Of a DNA stretch of 64,000 nt, positions 59,191-64,000 are shown piece after piece. The DNA is from Minisyncoccota bacterium (lineage in GTDB: Bacteria; Patescibacteriota; Microgenomatia; UBA1400; PJMF01). Below the pieces are notes generated by a model, which ran no database searches, had not been told where the DNA came from, and saw nothing but the letters and a program-made list of their open reading frames with translations. The number at the start of each line of letters is the position of its first letter. Position 1 is the stretch's first letter. The DNA lies in assembly GCA_018657765.1 (NCBI GenBank), contig JABHWM010000005.1, positions 65,138-129,137 of the forward strand. The letters run 5' to 3'. A program made the position numbers and the translations under genes.

Positions 59191-60874
59191 ACAGATATTT
59201 GAAAAATTACAAAAAACTATCCAAAGTAAAATCCCACTTTTTATAAAAATAACTGCTTTTATATTTTCTTTGACTTTAATTATCTTAGAAAGTAACTATC
59301 AATTAATAAAAACTACTAGATTAGGTGTTGATTTTGTTTCTTGGGGCTTATCTGCCATGGCTCCAATATTTGGGATTGGATTTCCATATATTAACTACTG
59401 GGGTATAAATCCACCTGGTTTACTTCTTTTCACGGCTTTGTGGGGACTATTAGCTGGCTCATCAATTCAATCATTTCATGTTTTATATGTTGTTCTATTA
59501 GCAAGCATTGTTTTTTTGACCTGGAAAATATTAAGAAGATTTTTTAGTTCATTAGAGAGTTTGGTTCTTTTTATAATATTTAATATTTTCTTTTTATCTA
59601 GTACTACTCAAAGCATGTTTTTTCCATCAGAAATAAATGGCTTAGTTTTTGCTTTGATCGGCCTTTATTTTGCTTTGAAAAAGAAAGTCTCTAAAAAAGA
59701 TATTTTTTGGGCTAGTTTCTTTTTTATTCTAGCGGGACAAATGAAAGAAGTTTTTGCTTTTACAGGTTTAACACTTTTTCCTCATTTATTAAAAGCTATT
59801 CACCTTGGAAAAAAAGACACTAAAAAGATTATTCTTTATGCTTCTTTAGGAATATTAACTAGTTTATTAGTCTTAGTAGGCTATTTAGCCATTAATTATT
59901 CTCTTGGAGAATATAGAGATATCTTGCAATATAAATCTGGACAATTTTCTTTAAGTGATTCTGGTAGATTTGAAAAGAATTTATTTCACAGTATTCATTA
60001 CCCAAAAGAAAGATTCATTTATCCCAAATATGAGATGGCAGTACTTTTATTTACTAGTTTTATTTCTTTTTTGATTTACTTGAGCCTAACTATTAAAAGT
60101 AAAAAAGCCTCCAAAAAAAACAACATTGCTGTGAGTTTTAAATTACCCTCACAAACAATAAATTACTCAATTCTTTTATTTTTTTGGATTGGCTCAACAA
60201 TGGGGTATATGGCTCAAGGTAGGTATGGATATAAATATGAAATTCCAGTAATTTTACCCATGATCTTAATTATTTCTTTGTCTATAAAAATTATTTTTAG
60301 ATCAATATTACAGTTTCTTAATATCAAACTTTCTAGAAATCTATATTTATTTATTAGCGCTATTTTATTTACTATCTTTTTACTTCCCAAGAAATTCTTT
60401 TTTATAGAACATTACCAAGATATTTCTAGTTATAGTTTTCAAACTCATAGAGATAAATGGCTCAACCTAGAAAATACAGGATCTATTGGGATGGAGACAC
60501 ATATAAAAAATAATACTAAAAGTTCAGATTGTATAACCTCTATTTATGGTTGGTCTGTGGGTAGTCAATATTATTATAGTCAACGAAAATCTTGCTCTAA
60601 ATATTTCTTGGTTAATATATTACCTGGAGGTAAATATAAAGACTACCAAAATGAGTTAATTAACAATCCGCCCAAAGCAATTGTTTATATTACTGGTAGT
60701 ACAGATATGAATATAGAAGAATTTGAACAAACAGCTTTTGATTTTTCTACAGTCCTAGAAAACTGCTATAAGCAAGACAATCAATTTTCATCGCTGTATT
60801 GGAGTAATTTCAATAAAGAAGAGTTGTCAGAGTGTTTGCTGTCTGGTATTCCAGAAAATAAAACCACTAATTAG
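59183..60874 (+). CDS. multi-TM probable GT-C glycosyltransferase
   Basis: D after TM1, PY...W...PPG, SE, K; C-terminal extracytoplasmic domain (L..NPP). Confidence 0.6.
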   Translation: MNKQIFEKLQKTIQSKIPLFIKITAFIFSLTLIILESNYQLIKTTRLGVDFVSWGLSAMAPIFGIGFPYINYWGINPPGLLLFTALWGLLAGSSIQSFHVLYVVLLASIVFLTWKILRRFFSSLESLVLFIIFNIFFLSSTTQSMFFPSEINGLVFALIGLYFALKKKVSKKDIFWASFFFILAGQMKEVFAFTGLTLFPHLLKAIHLGKKDTKKIILYASLGILTSLLVLVGYLAINYSLGEYRDILQYKSGQFSLSDSGRFEKNLFHSIHYPKERFIYPKYEMAVLLFTSFISFLIYLSLTIKSKKASKKNNIAVSFKLPSQTINYSILLFFWIGSTMGYMAQGRYGYKYEIPVILPMILIISLSIKIIFRSILQFLNIKLSRNLYLFISAILFTIFLLPKKFFFIEHYQDISSYSFQTHRDKWLNLENTGSIGMETHIKNNTKSSDCITSIYGWSVGSQYYYSQRKSCSKYFLVNILPGGKYKDYQNELINNPPKAIVYITGSTDMNIEEFEQTAFDFSTVLENCYKQDNQFSSLYWSNFNKEELSECLLSGIPENKTTN

Positions 60875-60890
60875 TCCTTGCTAGCACTCA

Positions 60891-61376
60891 TTGGATGTGT
60901 TTATATTAAACAATATTGCCCAATCAGAAAGCCCTCCTTTGACAGAAAAAGTACTGATTCCACAAGGAACAAAACTGGATATTCAATATGGTGAAGACCA
61001 AGGATCCAACTTAATACATGCCTTTCTGAAAATAACTGACTATTCTGACAACTTTTTACTTGCAATGTTTAATGGATATGAAAGTACCGATAGAACTTCT
61101 TTTACAGTTCAAGACATCCAAAAAATTATTTTAATGGCAATTGTTCATCCTAGCTTTAGTAAAAACTCTACTCTGATCCTGAGGATTGTGGGTGATACTG
61201 AATTTAGTAATTTAGAGATAGAAGAAAGTAGCCGTGTTAAAGTTCCTAATAGAAAAACAAAAAAGAAAATAGATCAAGCTGAAATATTACCACTTACTAA
61301 AAAAAACTCATCAAAAAGCCAAAGAAAACAAGCTAGGAAAAAAAGAAATAAAAAAATAAAAAAGAAGAAAAAATAG
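60891..61376 (+). CDS. hypothetical protein with polybasic C-terminal tail
   Basis: 161-aa open frame ending RKQARKKRNKKIKKKKK; start uncertain. Confidence 0.6.
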   Translation: MDVFILNNIAQSESPPLTEKVLIPQGTKLDIQYGEDQGSNLIHAFLKITDYSDNFLLAMFNGYESTDRTSFTVQDIQKIILMAIVHPSFSKNSTLILRIVGDTEFSNLEIEESSRVKVPNRKTKKKIDQAEILPLTKKNSSKSQRKQARKKRNKKIKKKKK

Positions 61377-61384
61377 GAGAAATA

Positions 61385-61786
61385 TTGTCTATAAATAGAA
61401 GTAGTTATGTTTTTTCTAAAGATAGAAGATTCGAAAGAGAGCGCAGAGTTCATTATAAATGTGAAGAATGCGGAACTAAAACTGATTTATTAGGACATCA
61501 TATAATCTCTTGTTACATGGCTCGCAGAAACCCTGTTCTGATCCCCAGACTTATCAAAAAAGCCGAAAACCTCATGATGCTTTGTGAAGACTGTCATGAA
61601 AAAGCAGATGCTGATCAAAAAGAGTGGACTAGAGATGAAATAGGAATAATGGCTTGGGCTTTATTTGGCCTAGATCCAAAAAGAGTAGCAGATGCTCAAT
61701 GGACTACTGCAGATGAAGATAAAAGGAAAAGGCAGGCAGATAGAAAGAGACGGAAACGAAAAAAGAAAAAAGCTAGAAAAAAATAG
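61385..61786 (+). CDS. HNH endonuclease with polybasic C-terminal tail
   Basis: CEEC..., GHHI, ENLMMLCEDCH: a Zn-binding HNH signature. GGAG SD before the TTG start. Confidence 0.82.
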   Translation: MSINRSSYVFSKDRRFERERRVHYKCEECGTKTDLLGHHIISCYMARRNPVLIPRLIKKAENLMMLCEDCHEKADADQKEWTRDEIGIMAWALFGLDPKRVADAQWTTADEDKRKRQADRKRRKRKKKKARKK

Positions 61787-61844
61787 AACTTAGAGCAAAA
61801 ATTTCATAAGTGTCAGAAATTAGTAATAAAATAAAGTTATATTA

Positions 61845-61872
61845 TTGACAGATGTGATATTTATGACACACT
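61845..61872 (+). promoter_or_regulatory. TA operon promoter with palindromic operator
   Basis: TTGACA (61845-61850), TGa-CACACT (61864-61872); inverted repeat TGTGATA-TT-TATGACA (61853-61868, 6/7 match) in the spacer. Confidence 0.65.
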
Positions 61873-61876
61873 ATTT

Positions 61877-62207
61877 ATGGTTAAAAAATCAATTATTTTA
61901 TATAAAAAAATAGAAAAAGAACTGTCCAAATTACCAAAAACAGTTCAATTAAAACTCAAAGGATTATTAGAAATTCTAGAGTCAGAAGGGAAACTAGAAA
62001 TACCTTTTGCAAAAAAGTTATCAAAACAAGAGGGTTTATTTGAAATAAGAATAAAACATAAAGGACAGTGGAGAGTTATTTACGCATAATACTATAAATA
62101 GATCAATAATAATACTTAGTGTATTTCTTAAAAAAACTAAAAAAACACCACTAAAAGAATTAAATAAATCACATAAAAGACTAAAAGCATATTTAAGAAA
62201 GAAATAA
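61877..62207 (+). pseudogene. RelE/HigB (Gp49-like) toxin, frameshifted
   Basis: ...PFAKKL...GLFEIRI....WRVIYA stops at TAA 62087. The +1 frame continues TINRSIIILSVFLKKTKKTPLKEL...RL to TAA 62205-62207, which overlaps the antitoxin ATG. Confidence 0.85.
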
Positions 62208-62485
62208 TGAAAAATATTACAATTCCACTCAAAGATTTTTTACCAAATATTACTAAAAAAGAACGAGAGTTTATTAATCAAGAAAAAAAATATTACCAAA
62301 TAGTTGTTTCTTTAAAGAAAAAAAGAAAAGAACTTGGACTAACCCAAAAAAAACTTTCAGATCTATCAAATATTCCTAGAACAACTATTACCAGGGTAGA
62401 ATCTGGATCTAGAAATGCAACTTTACAAACATTGATGTCACTAGCTCATGCTATGGGTAGTACTTTTGAACTAAAACTTACCTAG
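62207..62485 (+). CDS. XRE-family HTH antitoxin (HigA-like)
   Basis: LKKKRKELGLTQKKLS......TTITRVESG.RN.TL.TL..LA.A; downstream of the toxin. Confidence 0.88.
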   Translation: MKNITIPLKDFLPNITKKEREFINQEKKYYQIVVSLKKKRKELGLTQKKLSDLSNIPRTTITRVESGSRNATLQTLMSLAHAMGSTFELKLT

Positions 62486-63449
62486 AAAACCACTCCACAG
62501 TCTTTTTAAGACCTTCTTCAAAACTTACAGTTGGCTCCCAGTCTAATAACTCCTTGGCTTTGCTAATATCTGGCTTACGACGAGTAGGATCATCTCCTGG
62601 AAGATCTTTATGCTCGATCATTGGCTCTGAAGACTCTTCATAAACTTCTCGCCAAATAATGTTAGCAGTCTGACTAACGGTATATTCTTCTGGATTACCA
62701 ATATTAACAGTCTCACCTTTGGCTCTTGGTTCTAAAGAAAGGCGTAAAATTCCCTCTACCAAATCACTTACATAACAATAAGATCTTGTTTGTGAACCAC
62801 TCCCGAAAATAGTCATTGGCCTTTTATGCAAAGCAGAATTAATGAAACTAGGAATAACTCGGCCGTCTTCTGCACCGATTCTAGGGCCATAGGTATTAAA
62901 AATTCTTACAATTCTAGTATCTATCTCAAAATCTCTATTAAAAACCCCACAAATAGTCTCTCCTAGACGCTTGCTTTCGTCATAACAAGAACGAATCCCA
63001 TTAGGATTCACATTGCCCCAATAGGTTTCTTTTTGTGGATGCTCCAAAGGATCTCCATAAGCTTCTGATGTTCCAGCAAAGATAAAGGTTCCTTCTGGAT
63101 TTGTAGCTTGTAGATACTGTAAAAGAGCATCTGTAGCTACTGTATTAACCAGGTAAGTCTCTCTAGGGTATTTTTGGTAAAAGGGTGGAGAAGCGGGAGA
63201 AGCAAAATGAAAGATATAGTCAAAAACTTCACCTTGGAGATAATTACCAGCTGGTTGAGTTACATCTGCTTCAATAAATCTGAGATTTTCTGATTCTACC
63301 TCTGAGAGATTATCTGCATTACCAGTGATAAAATTATCTATACCCATCACCATCGCGCCTTCTTCTAGCATTGTTTCCACCAAGTGAGAACCAAGAAAGC
63401 CAGCTGCTCCGGTTACCAAGACTTTTTTACCTGCAAAACGATTTAACAT
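62478..63449 (-). CDS. uxs: UDP-glucuronate decarboxylase (UDP-xylose synthase)-like SDR
   Basis: TGAAGFLGSH, HFASPASP, TSE.YGDP..HPQ.E.YWGNVNP.G.RSCYDESKR, RIFNTYGPR, DGRV, QTRS.CYVSD, DDP.RRKPDI. Confidence 0.9.
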   Translation of the reverse strand: MLNRFAGKKVLVTGAAGFLGSHLVETMLEEGAMVMGIDNFITGNADNLSEVESENLRFIEADVTQPAGNYLQGEVFDYIFHFASPASPPFYQKYPRETYLVNTVATDALLQYLQATNPEGTFIFAGTSEAYGDPLEHPQKETYWGNVNPNGIRSCYDESKRLGETICGVFNRDFEIDTRIVRIFNTYGPRIGAEDGRVIPSFINSALHKRPMTIFGSGSQTRSYCYVSDLVEGILRLSLEPRAKGETVNIGNPEEYTVSQTANIIWREVYEESSEPMIEHKDLPGDDPTRRKPDISKAKELLDWEPTVSFEEGLKKTVEWFSR

Positions 63450-63458
63450 AAGAGTTTT

Positions 63459-63467
63459 ATTGTAACA
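63459..63467 (-). promoter_or_regulatory. extended -10 promoter TGtTACAAT (near-leaderless) of uxs
   Basis: Lies 9 nt upstream of the ATG; no SD. Confidence 0.55.
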
Positions 63468-63515
63468 AATCTGGGAAAAGAAACATACTGGGGGTTAAAA
63501 AATAGTCCTATAGTT

Positions 63516-63551
63516 TTGACATAAGTGATATATTTTGATATACTATATCAA
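63516..63551 (+). promoter_or_regulatory. near-consensus sigma70 promoter with perfect palindromic operator
   Basis: TTGACA (63516-63521), 17 nt, TATACT (63539-63544) with TG extension; perfect 8-1-8 palindrome TTGATATA-C-TATATCAA at 63535-63551. Confidence 0.75.
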
Positions 63552-63717
63552 GTATTTTAGGTAGACTAAATCAATTTTTCAATGCGAAAGATAGTGATAA
63601 AGTCAGCTCTTTTACAAAAGAACATTGCTAAATCTATTTTTTTAGAATATGAATCTATTCATTCCACCTTATGTGAAGTAAATAGAAAATATTCTAAAAA
63701 AGGAGGTGAATCATCAT

Positions 63718-64000
63718 ATGGTTTTCCATATAATATCTTATGCAGCAATAGCAGGATTAACAATTCAGTCTATGCTGGAAGTGGATAGCTCGGTCTCTGA
63801 AAGAAGCCTACCAACAGGACATAAAGTTGGAATCTGGATAACAGGCATTGCATGGACTGCAACTCTTGTTGCAGGATTTTGGTTAAGCGGGCCAGAAACG
63901 TTCGTACTTTGGATCGTTTCATCAATATTGCTTATAGCTCTAATTATTACTGCAGAGTCATTTACATATAGTAAATGGCAAACAGTATTTTTAGTTCCAA
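63718..64000 (+). CDS. membrane protein (partial; runs off window end)
   Basis: Strong SD AAGGAGGTGA at about 63700; open frame MVFHIISYAAIAGLTIQSML...GIWITGIAWTATLVAGFWLSGPETFVLWIVSSILLIALII. Not in the ORF track. Confidence 0.75.
   Translation, partial: MVFHIISYAAIAGLTIQSMLEVDSSVSERSLPTGHKVGIWITGIAWTATLVAGFWLSGPETFVLWIVSSILLIALIITAESFTYSKWQTVFLVP

Noticed and set aside
60891..62485. Prophage or IS interpretation of the HNH/TA island
   Set aside because: No integrase, transposase, terminase, structural genes or terminal repeats were found.
63441..63468. ATTTAACATAA, identical to the E. coli dif XerD arm
   Set aside because: It is explained by the uxs start (ATG TTA AAT) and leader; the adjacent arm does not match XerC at 6-bp spacing, and it lies away from the apparent skew switch.
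63582..63788. 68-aa ORF in the track
   Set aside because: It has no SD and overlaps the strong SD and start of the better-supported frame at 63718.
1..64000. Alternative genetic code (UGA=Gly, code 25)
   Set aside because: Long ORFs are complete under code 11, and TGA terminates many genes in ATGA overlaps.

Overview
Low-GC bacterial DNA read with genetic code 11 (TGA is used as a stop). The gene families suggest a Patescibacteria/CPR, Microgenomates-like organism; this is an inference. About 60 kb of the window is one mostly co-directional cell-surface glycosylation locus. It holds about 14 multi-TM GT-C-type glycosyltransferases (6 close ArnT/PMT-like paralogs, 3 YfhO/PTPS-related-like paralogs, 1 PIG-V-like, 4 more divergent), many GT2/GT4 enzymes, two polyprenyl-phosphate sugar synthases (one paired with DUF2304), two Wzx-like flippases, a Wzm/Wzt ABC exporter, five SAM methyltransferase domains, nucleotide-sugar enzymes (RfbB partial, an epimerase, Fcl-like, UXS-like), an LCP ligase and a Cys-rich, Pro/Thr-rich LPATG surface protein that is a candidate acceptor. 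The locus is interrupted by argS plus small hypothetical genes and contains a very AT-rich ABC-polysaccharide sub-cassette (~39.6-56.4 kb), across which plus-strand G/C skew appears to reverse. The right end holds an HNH nuclease and a partner gene that both have polybasic tails, a HigBA-like TA pair whose toxin is frameshifted, and a partial membrane-protein gene with a strong promoter. Features found that the ORF track misses: two +1 frameshifted genes, a 24-aa sORF with its own promoter, two terminators and many leaderless-type promoters. No rRNA, tRNA, CRISPR array or IS element was recognised.
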